From: Gemmatimonadota bacterium
GTDB taxonomy: Bacteria > Gemmatimonadota > Gemmatimonadetes > Gemmatimonadales > GWC2-71-9
Reading direction: 5' to 3'
Length of the DNA: 64,000 bases
Assembly: GCA_039591655.1 (NCBI GenBank)
Contig: JBDHDE010000001.1
Span: forward strand, 58,031-122,030
The notes below the pieces were generated by a model. The model did no database searches. It saw only the letters and a program-made list of their open reading frames with translations, and was not told the DNA's origin. This document shows positions 9,445 through 19,267 of this stretch, one piece after another. The position numbers and the translations under genes are program-made. Every line of letters starts with the position of its first letter. Position 1 is the first letter of the stretch.

Positions 9445-11091
9445 CTAGAAGAAGATGGGTTCGCGGTATGCACCGTATACCTCCTCCAGGGCATGACGAA
9501 TCTCATAGAGTGTGCAGTAGGCCCGGGCGGCATCGAGCATCGCCGGGATCACGTTCTCGTCTCGCGCCGCCGCCTCCCGCAGTGCGACGAGGGCGCCGTC
9601 GGCCCGGCGTGGGTCCCGCCGACCGCGGAGCTCCGCCAGGCGACGGTGCTGGAACTCCGCAGGACCCTCGGTCACCTTGAGGATCTCGAGCTCCTCCCCA
9701 TCGGTATCCTCGAACTCGTTCAACCCGACGACGATGCGTCGCTTCTGCTCCACCTCGTGCTGGAACCGCAACGCGCTCCGGTGGATACGGCGCTGGAACC
9801 AGCCCTGCTCGATCCCCGCCACCACGCCGCCCATGCGCCCGATCTCCTCGAACAAGGCCTCGGCCTCGCGCTCCATCCGGTCGGTGAGCGCCTCCACGTA
9901 GTACGAGCCGGCCAACGGGTCGATGACGTTGGCGATCCCGGTCTCGTAGGCCAGGATCTGCTGCGTGCGCAAGGCGAGCTTGACGGCGTCCTGGGTGGGC
10001 AGCGCGAGCGTCTCATCCAGCGAGTTGGTGTGCAGCGACTGCGTGCCTCCGAGAGCGGCGGCCATTCCCTGGTAGGCCACGCGGACCACGTTGTTCAGCG
10101 GCTGCTGCGCCGTGAGCGACACGCCGGCCGTCTGGCAGTGGAACCGCATCTTCCATGACCAGGGGTCCTTGGCGTCGTAGCGCTCCCGCATGTGCCGCGC
10201 CCAGATGCGACGGGCGGCGCGCATCTTGGCGATCTCTTCGAAGAAGTCGTTGTGCACGTCCCAGAAGAACGAGAGGCGCGGCGCGAAATGGTCCACGTCC
10301 AGGCCACGGGCGATCCCCCGTTCCACGTACTCGAAGCCGTTTGCCAGTGTGAAGGCCAGCTCCTCGGCGGCCGTAGCGCCCGCCTCGCGGATGTGGTAGC
10401 CGCTGATGGAGATGGTGTTCCACTGCGGGGTGTGCTCGGACGCCCACTCGAACATATCGACGATGATCTTGAGTGCAGGCTCGACGGGGTACACCCACGC
10501 GTGCTGGGCCATGTACTCCTTGAGTATGTCGTTCTGTACGGTGCCCCGGATCTTCGCGATGTCCACGCCCTGGCGCTCGGCGGCCGCCACGTAGAAGCAG
10601 AACAGCATGGCCGCCGGACCGTTGATCGTCATGGACGTGGAGACCCGCTCCATCGGGATCCCGTCGAACAGCGTCTCCATATCCGCCAAGGAGGAGATGG
10701 CGACCCCGCACTTTCCTACCTCTCCTTCGGCCCGCGGGGAATCGGAGTCGTACCCCATGAGCGTGGGGAAATCGAAGGCGACTGAGAGCCCCGTCTGGCC
10801 TCGCTCCAGCAGGAACTTGTAGCGGCGGTTGGTATCCTCAGCGGTTCCGAACCCGGAGAACTGCCGCATGGTCCACAGCCGCCCCCGGTACATCGTGGGA
10901 TGGATGCCTCGCGTGTACGGATACGCGCCGGGGTAGCCGAGCTGCGCCTCGGGGTCGAACCCGCCCAGGTCGTCGGGCGTGTACACCGGCTCGACCTCGG
11001 CGGAGCTCTGACTCACGAAGTCCACGTCGCGCCGCTTCGGCGCCTCGTCGAACTGGGCCCGCCAGGCCTTGCGGGAACCGTCCTTGCTCAT
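9445..11091 (-). CDS. Acyl-CoA mutase large (substrate-binding) subunit, isobutyryl-CoA mutase-like
   Basis: Motifs [55 protein letters not shown]. Lacks the B12 domain. Confidence 0.9.
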   Translation of the reverse strand: MSKDGSRKAWRAQFDEAPKRRDVDFVSQSSAEVEPVYTPDDLGGFDPEAQLGYPGAYPYTRGIHPTMYRGRLWTMRQFSGFGTAEDTNRRYKFLLERGQTGLSVAFDFPTLMGYDSDSPRAEGEVGKCGVAISSLADMETLFDGIPMERVSTSMTINGPAAMLFCFYVAAAERQGVDIAKIRGTVQNDILKEYMAQHAWVYPVEPALKIIVDMFEWASEHTPQWNTISISGYHIREAGATAAEELAFTLANGFEYVERGIARGLDVDHFAPRLSFFWDVHNDFFEEIAKMRAARRIWARHMRERYDAKDPWSWKMRFHCQTAGVSLTAQQPLNNVVRVAYQGMAAALGGTQSLHTNSLDETLALPTQDAVKLALRTQQILAYETGIANVIDPLAGSYYVEALTDRMEREAEALFEEIGRMGGVVAGIEQGWFQRRIHRSALRFQHEVEQKRRIVVGLNEFEDTDGEELEILKVTEGPAEFQHRRLAELRGRRDPRRADGALVALREAAARDENVIPAMLDAARAYCTLYEIRHALEEVYGAYREPIFF

Positions 11092-12122
11092 CGTTTCGAG
11101 GCCTCCTGTAGATCCGCCACGATGTCGTGCGCCAGCTTGTAAGGGCTCACCCGCCCGCTCACAACGTCATCTATTCCCGCCGCCAGCCTCGCCTCTCCGT
11201 CCCCCTCATGCCACACGAGATTGCTCAGCGCGCGGTCGACTACCTCGCGGGTGTGGCGCGCCAGCCTCTCCCGTCGCAACGCGTCGAGCATCCCACTTCG
11301 TTCCAGGTGGGAGTAGTGGGCGTCGAACGCCTCCGTCAGCGCGTCGATCCCCTCCCCGCTCACTGCCACCGACGACAGCACCGGCGGCGACCACTCGGCG
11401 GCCACACTCTCGCCTTCGGGCCGGTCGGGGCTCCCTTCGATGCCGCTATGGTGCGGCGCAATGTGCCGGAAGGCGTTCCCCCTCCGAATCCCCAGCATGA
11501 TATCCACCTCCTGCACGAGGCGGTCGGCACCGGGGCGGTCTGCCTTGTTCACCAGGTAGAGGTCGGCGATCTCCATGACGCCGGCCTTGAGCACCTGTAC
11601 GCCGTCACCGGACTCCGGCACGAGCACCAGCGCCGTGGTGTCGGCGCTACCCGCGATGGCCAGCTCCGACTGGCCCACACCCACGGTCTCGATGATGATG
11701 CGCTCGAACCCGAAGGCATCGAGCACATCGCAGACCTCGCGCGTCGTGGTCGCCAACCCGCCGTGCGCCCCCCGGGAGGCCATCGACCGGATGTACACGC
11801 CGGGATCCAGCGTGAGGGATTCCATGCGAATCCGGTCTCCCAGGAGCGCCCCGCCGGTGAACGGACTCGTGGGATCCACTGCCACCACCGCGACGGTGGC
11901 GTCGCGGTCGCGGTACGCCTGCACCAGACGCTCGATCAGCGTCGATTTACCGCCCCCGGGCGGTCCCGTAATCCCGATGCGGTGTGCCCGTCCCACCATC
12001 GGGTGCAACGTGGATAGGAGACCCTCGTAGCCGTCACGCCCGTTTTCCACGAGCGAGATGGCTCGAGCGAGAGCGGGCATCCGACGCTGCTTGATGCCTT
12101 CAATGAGGCCGTCGTTCGCCAT
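11088..12122 (-). CDS. meaB: Mutase-associated GTPase MeaB/ArgK
   Basis: Motifs [45 protein letters not shown]. Start trimmed to ATG 12122. Confidence 0.93.
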   Translation of the reverse strand: MANDGLIEGIKQRRMPALARAISLVENGRDGYEGLLSTLHPMVGRAHRIGITGPPGGGKSTLIERLVQAYRDRDATVAVVAVDPTSPFTGGALLGDRIRMESLTLDPGVYIRSMASRGAHGGLATTTREVCDVLDAFGFERIIIETVGVGQSELAIAGSADTTALVLVPESGDGVQVLKAGVMEIADLYLVNKADRPGADRLVQEVDIMLGIRRGNAFRHIAPHHSGIEGSPDRPEGESVAAEWSPPVLSSVAVSGEGIDALTEAFDAHYSHLERSGMLDALRRERLARHTREVVDRALSNLVWHEGDGEARLAAGIDDVVSGRVSPYKLAHDIVADLQEASKR

Positions 12123-12164
12123 TGTCCTAAGTTCGCGACAGCCGGGTTTGACCCGCAACCCGCG

Positions 12165-13511
12165 CTACCTGCCGGGAAGCAGCAGGAGTGCGGCCAGCCC
12201 CAGCAGAATGAAGAATCCGGCGATGTCCGTGACGGCCGTGACGAAGCCCGAGCTCGCGACCGCCGGGTCGACCCCGATGCGCTGCAGCAGCAGGGGGACC
12301 GCCGCCCCCACGGTAGCCGCCACCACAAGGCTTCCCCACATGGCAACCATCACTACGGCCCCGAGCTCCCAGCCGCGGCCGAGAGCGATGGTCACCAGTC
12401 CCACCACCAGACCGATGGCCAGGCCGTTGATGATTCCCACCACCATCTCCTTGCCCACGAGGGCCAGTCCCTTCCGGGCCGGTATCATCCCCAACGCGAT
12501 GCGCCGCACGGTGACGGCGAGAGCCTGGGTACCGGCGCTGCCACCGAGGCCGGCCACGATGGGCATGAGAGCGGCCAGTACCACGAGCTGGCTGATGGTC
12601 TCCTCGAAGGAGAGCACCACCGCCCCCGCGAAAAAGGCGGTGAACAGGTTGACGTAGAGCCACGGTAGGCGGCTGCGCACGGCGTGGAACCAGGGTCCTC
12701 CTAGCTGCTCGTCGCCCGCGCCGCCGCCGAACATCAGCAGGTCTTCGGTCTGCTCGGCCTCCACCACGTCGATCACGTCGTCGAAGGTGACACGCCCGAG
12801 CAGCTTGCCGTCCGCGCTCACGACCGGGACGGCAGGCACATTGTAGCGGCCCATGAGGCGCGCCACTTCCTCCTGGTCGGTCTCGGGCGCGGCTACCACC
12901 GACGGCGCCTCCATGAGTTGGCTGACCGGCGTCTCGGGCCTCGCGACGACCATGCGCTGCAGCGGGAGGATCCCCACGAGGCGATGATGGTCGTCCACGC
13001 AGTAGATCTGGTAGAACTCCCCCACCTCTTCAGCCTGGCGCCGCACTTCATTGATCGCCTCGCCCGCCGTCGCGCTCTGCTGGACGGCGACGGCGTGGGC
13101 GGTCATCCGGCCCCCGGCCGTCTCCTCGTCGTAGACCAGCAACCGCTCGATGTCCGCACGGTCCGCGACGTGGGTGAGGATCCGCTCCCCGGTCTCCGGC
13201 GGCAGCTCGCTGATCAGATCGACCGCGTCGTCGTCCTCGAGCTCCTCCACGATGTCGGCGGCCTTCTCGGGTCTGAGCGCCGCCAGGAGCTCTTCGGGGT
13301 GCTCCTCCTCTTCCATCTCCGCCAGGGCCTCGGACACCACTTCCGGCGGCAAAGTCTGAACCAGCCGCAGCCGCGTGTCCTCGTCCAGCGCCGCGAGGAT
13401 GTCCGACAGATCCGACGGGTGCAGCTCGCGGGCGCGCGCCGTCAACCGGGCGACGTCCCCCGACTCTGCCAGCTGCCGCAGCTCTTCGATAACGACTTCT
13501 TGCTCGTTCAT
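12165..13511 (-). CDS. mgtE: Magnesium transporter MgtE
   Basis: N-domain (LHPSDL), CBS pair, TM region RLPWL...GGSAGTQ...DPAVASSGFVTAVTD. Start ATG 13511. Confidence 0.93.
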   Translation of the reverse strand: MNEQEVVIEELRQLAESGDVARLTARARELHPSDLSDILAALDEDTRLRLVQTLPPEVVSEALAEMEEEEHPEELLAALRPEKAADIVEELEDDDAVDLISELPPETGERILTHVADRADIERLLVYDEETAGGRMTAHAVAVQQSATAGEAINEVRRQAEEVGEFYQIYCVDDHHRLVGILPLQRMVVARPETPVSQLMEAPSVVAAPETDQEEVARLMGRYNVPAVPVVSADGKLLGRVTFDDVIDVVEAEQTEDLLMFGGGAGDEQLGGPWFHAVRSRLPWLYVNLFTAFFAGAVVLSFEETISQLVVLAALMPIVAGLGGSAGTQALAVTVRRIALGMIPARKGLALVGKEMVVGIINGLAIGLVVGLVTIALGRGWELGAVVMVAMWGSLVVAATVGAAVPLLLQRIGVDPAVASSGFVTAVTDIAGFFILLGLAALLLLPGR

Positions 13512-14236
13512 CCCTGCGAGTCCTTGAGGAGCGAATCCAGGTCGAGCCCGCGCCGCCGAAACCTGGGTGCCTCGCCCTGTGGGCTCACCGCGCCGGCCGA
13601 GATGACGAGCTTCATCGCCTCGTCGATCGTGATGCTGACCTCCCTGGTCCTGGCCCGTGGCACGACGAGCATGAGCCCGGAGGTCGGATTGGGCGTGGTG
13701 GGCAGGAACACGTTGATGCACGGCTCGCCCACTATCTCCGACATGACCGGCGCGTCCTCGTTGGTCACGAACGCCAAGGCCCACATCCCTTCCGTGGGAT
13801 AGGGAACGAGCACGACACGGCGGAAGAAGCTGCGCTGCTCGCCGATGACCGTCTGCACGATCTGGCTCATCGTGTTGTAGATGCGGCCCGTCAGGGGAAA
13901 CCGCGCGAGGGCTTCGTTCCACCAGTGCAGTAGCTGGCGGCCGGCAGCCAGGTGTACCGCCCAGCCTACTGCCAGCACCGCAAGCAGGAGGAGGACGAAC
14001 CCGAGCCCCGGAATGCGAAAGCCCAGGGCGGCCCGCAGCGGGTCTCCCAGGATGTTATCGATCGTGCGGAACAGCCAAACGAGCACGACCGCCGTCACCC
14101 CGACGGGCGCCATGACGATGAGGCCGGTGAAGAAGTAACGCCGGATGCGGCGCGCCTTGGTCTTCACCCCTGCGGGATCCACCCTCTCGAACTGCCCGCT
14201 GAGCCGCTCCTTGAGTTGCTGAACCGGATCCTTCAT
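13508..14236 (-). CDS. DUF502 domain membrane protein
   Basis: Motifs YFFTGL and VFLPTTPNPTSG. Confidence 0.88.
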   Translation of the reverse strand: MKDPVQQLKERLSGQFERVDPAGVKTKARRIRRYFFTGLIVMAPVGVTAVVLVWLFRTIDNILGDPLRAALGFRIPGLGFVLLLLAVLAVGWAVHLAAGRQLLHWWNEALARFPLTGRIYNTMSQIVQTVIGEQRSFFRRVVLVPYPTEGMWALAFVTNEDAPVMSEIVGEPCINVFLPTTPNPTSGLMLVVPRARTREVSITIDEAMKLVISAGAVSPQGEAPRFRRRGLDLDSLLKDSQG

Positions 14237-15429
14237 TTCGTCTTGCCTCGCTCCAACGAAACGCTCGGCACGGGTCCTCGGCGTATTAGGACCCGCTCCA
14301 GGCGCGTAGGCGTGGCCGATAGTACGTCGAACTCGAGACCCGCCATCACGAATCGCTCGCCGACCTGCGGGATTCGGCCAGCCGCCCGCGCCAGGAGCCC
14401 GCCGATGGTTTCGGCTTCTTCGGGAAGAGCCACACCGTAGTGCGCCGAGACCTCCTCGAGGGGGGTCGCTCCGGTAGCCTCCAACAGCCTGACGGCAGGG
14501 GCGTCCTCAGATCGCACCTCGTCGTGCTCCTCGAAGATCTCGCCAACCAGCTCCTCGAGCAGGTCCTCGAACGTGACGATCCCGGCTGTCCCCCCGTACT
14601 CGTCCAGGACAACGGCCAAGTGGCGGCGCTCCCGCTGCATTTCGAACAAGAGATCGGCACACGGCTTCGATCCCGGCGCCGACGCAATCGGCCGGAGCGG
14701 CAGCTCCGCGCCCGGTGCGACCTTCAAGAGATCGAAGGCGTAGATCATTCCCAGAATGTTGTCCAGCGACTCTCGGTAGATCGGAATGCGCGAGTACCCG
14801 GAGTCGGCGAAGAGCCGCCCAACCTCTTCTAGCGATGCGCCCTCTCGCACCGCCACGATCTCCGTACGGGGCGTCATGACCTCCCGGATCGGTCGTTCGG
14901 TAAACAGCAGCACCTCTGAGAGCACGGGCAGCTGGTCCCGCTCCAAGGACTCCTCGGCGTCACCACCCCGCAGGCGCGCGTCGAGGGCGCTGCCCGGCCC
15001 GGCATCTGCCGCACGCGGGAAGAAGGGTGCGAAGATGGCCGCTAGCCGCCGCAGCCAAGGTACGGTGCGCCGTACGGTGCCGGCAGGCCAGCGCCGGCCC
15101 ACCGCCCGCGGCAGCGCATACACCACCCCCAATAGCAGCGGGATGCCCGCCAGCAGCAGCGCGCCGGAGGCCAAGGGCTGCGGCAGCCCGCGTGCGACCT
15201 CCGCCATTCCCAACGCGCTCAGGATGACCCCGGAGGTCGCGACACCGTGGGCCGCTCTGAGGATCCGGCCGGGAGCTGAGAGCACCGTGGAGGCGGCGCC
15301 GGCTCCCGGGAGATCACCCGCCGCCCAGCGGTAGAGATCCACGCGGCGCACGGCTGCCGCGCTCACACCGGCGACGACACCGCTGCCCGCTATGAGCGCA
15401 CCGAGGACGACCAGCGCCCAACCGATCAC
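14233..15429 (-). CDS. HlyC/CorC (CNNM-like) CBS-domain transporter-associated protein
   Basis: Motifs EVMTPRTEI, YSRIPIY, VLDEYGGTAGIVTFEDLLEELVGEI; C-terminal CorC_HlyC domain. Confidence 0.88.
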   Translation of the reverse strand: MIGWALVVLGALIAGSGVVAGVSAAAVRRVDLYRWAAGDLPGAGAASTVLSAPGRILRAAHGVATSGVILSALGMAEVARGLPQPLASGALLLAGIPLLLGVVYALPRAVGRRWPAGTVRRTVPWLRRLAAIFAPFFPRAADAGPGSALDARLRGGDAEESLERDQLPVLSEVLLFTERPIREVMTPRTEIVAVREGASLEEVGRLFADSGYSRIPIYRESLDNILGMIYAFDLLKVAPGAELPLRPIASAPGSKPCADLLFEMQRERRHLAVVLDEYGGTAGIVTFEDLLEELVGEIFEEHDEVRSEDAPAVRLLEATGATPLEEVSAHYGVALPEEAETIGGLLARAAGRIPQVGERFVMAGLEFDVLSATPTRLERVLIRRGPVPSVSLERGKTK

Positions 15430-16625
15430 GTTCCTTCCTCCAGCGCCGCCTCGGCGTCCACGCCGTCGGGACGGCGCTCGAAGTACACCCGCCGGATCCT
15501 GCGCCGTATGACCTGCTCCACCACCACCCGGAACTCGCCGATGCGGAGCTCCTCACCGGGACGCGGCACCCGGCCGAGCTCCGAGTAGACGAGCCCTCCC
15601 ACGGTCGCCACGTCCTCACGATCCATGGTGGTATGCAGCGCCTCCGACAGCGTGTCGAGTGTCACGCTCCCATCCACCCAGAACCGATCTTCGCCCTCCG
15701 ACGTCACCGGCGGGGCCAAGTCCCGGTCGTACTCGCCATGAATCTCCCCCACGACCTCCTCGAGCACATCCTCCAGCGTCAGCAGGCCCGCAGTGCCGCC
15801 AAACTCGTCAACGACGATGGCGAGATGCGTCGGCCCCCGTTGGAAGTCACGCAGCTGCGCGGCGAGCGATTTCGATTCGGGCACGAAGAGGGCCGGGCGT
15901 ACCAGTTCCTGCCAGCGGTCCGGTCGTGGCGCAATGCCAGCGACGGCCGGTGTGAGATCCTTGGCGTAGAGCACCCCGACGATGGTGTCCAGGTCCTGAT
16001 CGTACACGGGGAGCCGCGCGTGCTCGCCGCGCCGCAGCCCCTCGACCACCTCGCCCCATTCCGCCTGCTCCTCAATGGCCACTATGTCGAGCCGCGGTGT
16101 CATGGCCTCGGCCACGTCACTGTCGCGCAGCGAGACGATGCCCGCCAGCACGTCGCGCTCTGGTGTGCCCAGAGTGCTCTCGCGAGGAACGCTGGGCGGT
16201 AGCGCAACTTGCAGCCCACGCTCCAGAGCGGTCACGAGGCCCAACAGCGGGGCGAACGGCGTGAGGCTGCGGCGCGCGAGCGGAGCAGCGGCGGCGGCCA
16301 GCTGCGGGGCGAGCACCCCCACACCGCGGGGGAGCCCATCCGCTACCACGTAGAGGAGAGCGCCCGCGAGCACCAGCGTCGCGGCGGCCTCTGGCGGCGG
16401 GCGGCTCCACCAACCCACGGCGCCGGAGGCCGCGACCCCCGCTACCACGAGCAAGGCCATGCGGCTCACTTCGATCGCGCGATAGAGGGGCACCGCTTGC
16501 CCGCGCGCCGTCGGCGGATCGCCCAGCGCCCGCGCCAGGGTGGGAGCCTCTTCGGCGAGCACCAGGAGGCCGGCCCAGAGCGCAGCCAAGGCCGCGACCG
16601 CGATGCTGCCGAGCATTACCGACAT
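15426..16625 (-). CDS. HlyC/CorC (CNNM-like) CBS-domain transporter-associated protein
   Basis: Motifs AMTPRLDI, HARLPVY, VDEFGGTAGLLTLEDVLEEVVGEI; N-terminal hydrophobic segments. Confidence 0.88.
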   Translation of the reverse strand: MSVMLGSIAVAALAALWAGLLVLAEEAPTLARALGDPPTARGQAVPLYRAIEVSRMALLVVAGVAASGAVGWWSRPPPEAAATLVLAGALLYVVADGLPRGVGVLAPQLAAAAAPLARRSLTPFAPLLGLVTALERGLQVALPPSVPRESTLGTPERDVLAGIVSLRDSDVAEAMTPRLDIVAIEEQAEWGEVVEGLRRGEHARLPVYDQDLDTIVGVLYAKDLTPAVAGIAPRPDRWQELVRPALFVPESKSLAAQLRDFQRGPTHLAIVVDEFGGTAGLLTLEDVLEEVVGEIHGEYDRDLAPPVTSEGEDRFWVDGSVTLDTLSEALHTTMDREDVATVGGLVYSELGRVPRPGEELRIGEFRVVVEQVIRRRIRRVYFERRPDGVDAEAALEEGT

Positions 16626-16629
16626 TCCG

Positions 16630-17052
16630 TCACCTCAGCGCGCGGGCTGCGAGGCGCCGAACGTAGCGCTCCTGAACCCGCCACATGCGCGACCCTGACC
16701 GCGCGGTCCCTTCGGGATGCTCGTGACCCAGCACGTGGAGCACCCCGTGGATCACCAACCGCATCGTCTCCTGGCGTACCGGCACACCTGCCTCCCGTGC
16801 GGTGCGGCGCGCGACGCTGGGACAGATGTAGATGTCTCCAGCCACCACGCCCGGGTGGTGCAGAGGGAACGCGATCACGTCGGTGGCTCGATCCCGGGCC
16901 AAGGAGCGGCGGTTGAGCGCCCGCATCCGCTGACTCGAGAGGAACGTGATGCTGATTGCTGCAGCACCCACCCCTTCACCTTCCAGGACCGCGTTCGCCC
17001 AGTGACGCACGGTGGCCACCGCGACTCCGGCCGGCGCCCCCGCCTCCGCCAC
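16630..17052 (-). CDS. ybeY: rRNA maturation endoribonuclease YbeY
   Basis: Motifs ATDVIAF, GDIYIC, IHGVLHVLGHEH. Start uncertain (GTG 17052 or GTG 17106). Confidence 0.9.
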   Translation of the reverse strand: MAEAGAPAGVAVATVRHWANAVLEGEGVGAAAISITFLSSQRMRALNRRSLARDRATDVIAFPLHHPGVVAGDIYICPSVARRTAREAGVPVRQETMRLVIHGVLHVLGHEHPEGTARSGSRMWRVQERYVRRLAARALR

Positions 17053-17059
17053 CCGGACG

Positions 17060-19267
17060 TCACGCGCCGGAGGCTGCCGCTTCCCAGTCCGCACCGATGC
17101 CGCCACTCGCCGCCGGGTAGTCGATGCGGTTGTGGTGGGCGCCCCCGAGCACCCGCACGAACTCCTCGCGGAGGCGGTTGAGTTGCACCAGGGTGAGGGG
17201 CGCTTCTTCGAGCTGGCCCGCTTCGATACGGTGCCGAATGATGTGATCTATGGCGTTCCCCAGCTTCTCGGGCGACGGGTCCTCCAAGACCCTGATGGCC
17301 GCTTCCACGCCGTCGGCGAGCATGGCGGCGGCGGTCTCCACCGATTGGGGACGCGGCCCGGGGTAGCGGTAGTCCTCGAGATCGACACCCGCTTCCGGCT
17401 CCCGGCTCCGGGCACGCTCTAGGAAGTAGGTGATCTCCATGGTGCCGTGGTGCTCCGGGATGAACGCCTTCACGACCTCGGGCAGCTTGGACTCCTCCGC
17501 CAGGGCGATGCCGTCCCTCACATGGTTGCGGATGATCCCCGCTGAGACCTCGGGCTTCAGCTTGTCGTGCGGGTTGGTGCCAGGCGTCTGGTTCTCGACG
17601 AAATGCTGCGGCTTCTTGAGCTTTCCGACGTCGTGGTAGTAGCACCCCACCCGCGCCAGGAGTCCATTGGCACCGATGGCATTGCACGCCGCCTCGCACA
17701 GGTTGGCCATGGCGATGCTGTGTGCGTAGGTGCCGGGCGCCTCGGTGGCCAAGCGTCTCAGCAGGGACCGGTCCGGATCGGACAGCTCCAGGAGCGTCAG
17801 GTCCGTCGTTATCCGTGTAACCGATTCCACGACGGGCAGCAGCGTGAATGCCAGCGCGGCGGACGCAAAGGCCGTCAGCCCACCACGCAGCCCGGTGAGT
17901 CCAACCTCGGTGAGGGACCAGTCCGCACGGAGGCCCACTGTGATCCCGGTGAGGAGGTAGGCACTCGCCACCACCACCACTGCGATCAGGAACTGATTGC
18001 GCCGCCGGATCGACCGCACGCTCACTGCGGCGGCCACCCCGCCCACCATCGCAACCAACAGGGTGTCAACGTCAGCATACACGGACTGGGAGGCAACGAG
18101 TACGGCCAAGACCATCGCCGCCACCATGGCCACGCGCCCCCTGAAGAGGACCGTGATCAACATTGCCGCGAAGGGGATCGGAATGAGCTCGGGAGCGTCA
18201 ACGATGAACCGTACAGTCAGCGCCGCGCCGACAACCACGACGCCGAAGAGCAGGGCCAGCACCAGCATGTGCCTGAACGTGGCGTAGGTGCGTGGCCGGT
18301 AGAGCATGATGAGGAGCCAAAACACTCCGATGACCAAGCCGTTGGCCAGCACCTGCCCGATGCTTGCCCCCACACTGCGGTCCTCGCCGCCGCGCTTGAA
18401 CTGCTCCGCCCGTAGAGCCGCCAGTCGTTCGTGGACCTCCTGGGTGACGACCTCGTTGGCATCGATGATCCGCTCACTCGCCTGCACCCGGTACTTGACC
18501 GGATCCAAGCTCTCCCGCAACTCACGCCGGTGTTGCTCGTACTCCGCCGTGTTGGGCACGAGCGTCGGCTGGAACAGCCCGTTGATCAGCTTGACGAAGA
18601 CCGGATTGGACAGGGGCGCCTGGGGATCGGGCTGGAATGCCTCGCGGCTGGCGAAGAACAGCTCCCGCGTGAGCAGGGTGTCCCGACGGACGACGGCCTC
18701 ACGCTCGCCTCGCCGCAGCACGACCTCGGTTGTCCGCTCCTCCTCCAGCGTACCGAAGTCTGCAACCCCTCGAGGCAGGTAGCGGCGGTACATGTTCCTG
18801 AGCGCCCCACGAAACCGGTTGAGTCGCCCCCCCTCCATCAGGTACGCTGCCTCCTCCACCGTCAGTGCCACCCCTGCCCCCTGGGCAATGGTGACGAGGC
18901 TGTCGGGGACCGCCACGCCACTCAGGGTCGCGAACAGGGAATCGATCGCTGCCAGCACCGTGTCCAGGACTCCGCCGCGGTACTCGTAGATGGGCCGCAC
19001 GGTACCCTCGAGCTGTGCCGCCTCCCGTTCCTGCTCGGCCGGCGACTTCTCCACATCGAAGGCGAACGGGGCAATCACCTCCTCCTGCGCGACGTCGCCC
19101 GGGTCGGGCACCTGCCCTTCGAATCCACCAGCTACGGGGAACAGGAGGTACGTCAGCACAGCCAGCGCCAGCAGCAAGCCCCAGCGGGCAGCGTGAAACG
19201 CTACGTCTCCGGGCACCCGGCTCGGCTTGAGCTCGAGGTTCAGAGAAGGACGTGATCGCCTGGTCAT
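17060..19267 (-). CDS. 7TM-HD phosphohydrolase (PgpH/YqfF-like, putative c-di-AMP phosphodiesterase)
   Basis: Large extracytoplasmic domain, TM bundle, then HD domain with APGTYAHS, YYHDVGK, FVENQ, EHHGT, YRYPGPRPQ. Confidence 0.88.
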   Translation of the reverse strand: MTRRSRPSLNLELKPSRVPGDVAFHAARWGLLLALAVLTYLLFPVAGGFEGQVPDPGDVAQEEVIAPFAFDVEKSPAEQEREAAQLEGTVRPIYEYRGGVLDTVLAAIDSLFATLSGVAVPDSLVTIAQGAGVALTVEEAAYLMEGGRLNRFRGALRNMYRRYLPRGVADFGTLEEERTTEVVLRRGEREAVVRRDTLLTRELFFASREAFQPDPQAPLSNPVFVKLINGLFQPTLVPNTAEYEQHRRELRESLDPVKYRVQASERIIDANEVVTQEVHERLAALRAEQFKRGGEDRSVGASIGQVLANGLVIGVFWLLIMLYRPRTYATFRHMLVLALLFGVVVVGAALTVRFIVDAPELIPIPFAAMLITVLFRGRVAMVAAMVLAVLVASQSVYADVDTLLVAMVGGVAAAVSVRSIRRRNQFLIAVVVVASAYLLTGITVGLRADWSLTEVGLTGLRGGLTAFASAALAFTLLPVVESVTRITTDLTLLELSDPDRSLLRRLATEAPGTYAHSIAMANLCEAACNAIGANGLLARVGCYYHDVGKLKKPQHFVENQTPGTNPHDKLKPEVSAGIIRNHVRDGIALAEESKLPEVVKAFIPEHHGTMEITYFLERARSREPEAGVDLEDYRYPGPRPQSVETAAAMLADGVEAAIRVLEDPSPEKLGNAIDHIIRHRIEAGQLEEAPLTLVQLNRLREEFVRVLGGAHHNRIDYPAASGGIGADWEAAASGA

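Noticed and set aside
7768..12165. Cobalamin riboswitch for the mutase genes
   Set aside because: The intergenic gaps are under 60 nt and no B12 box was seen.
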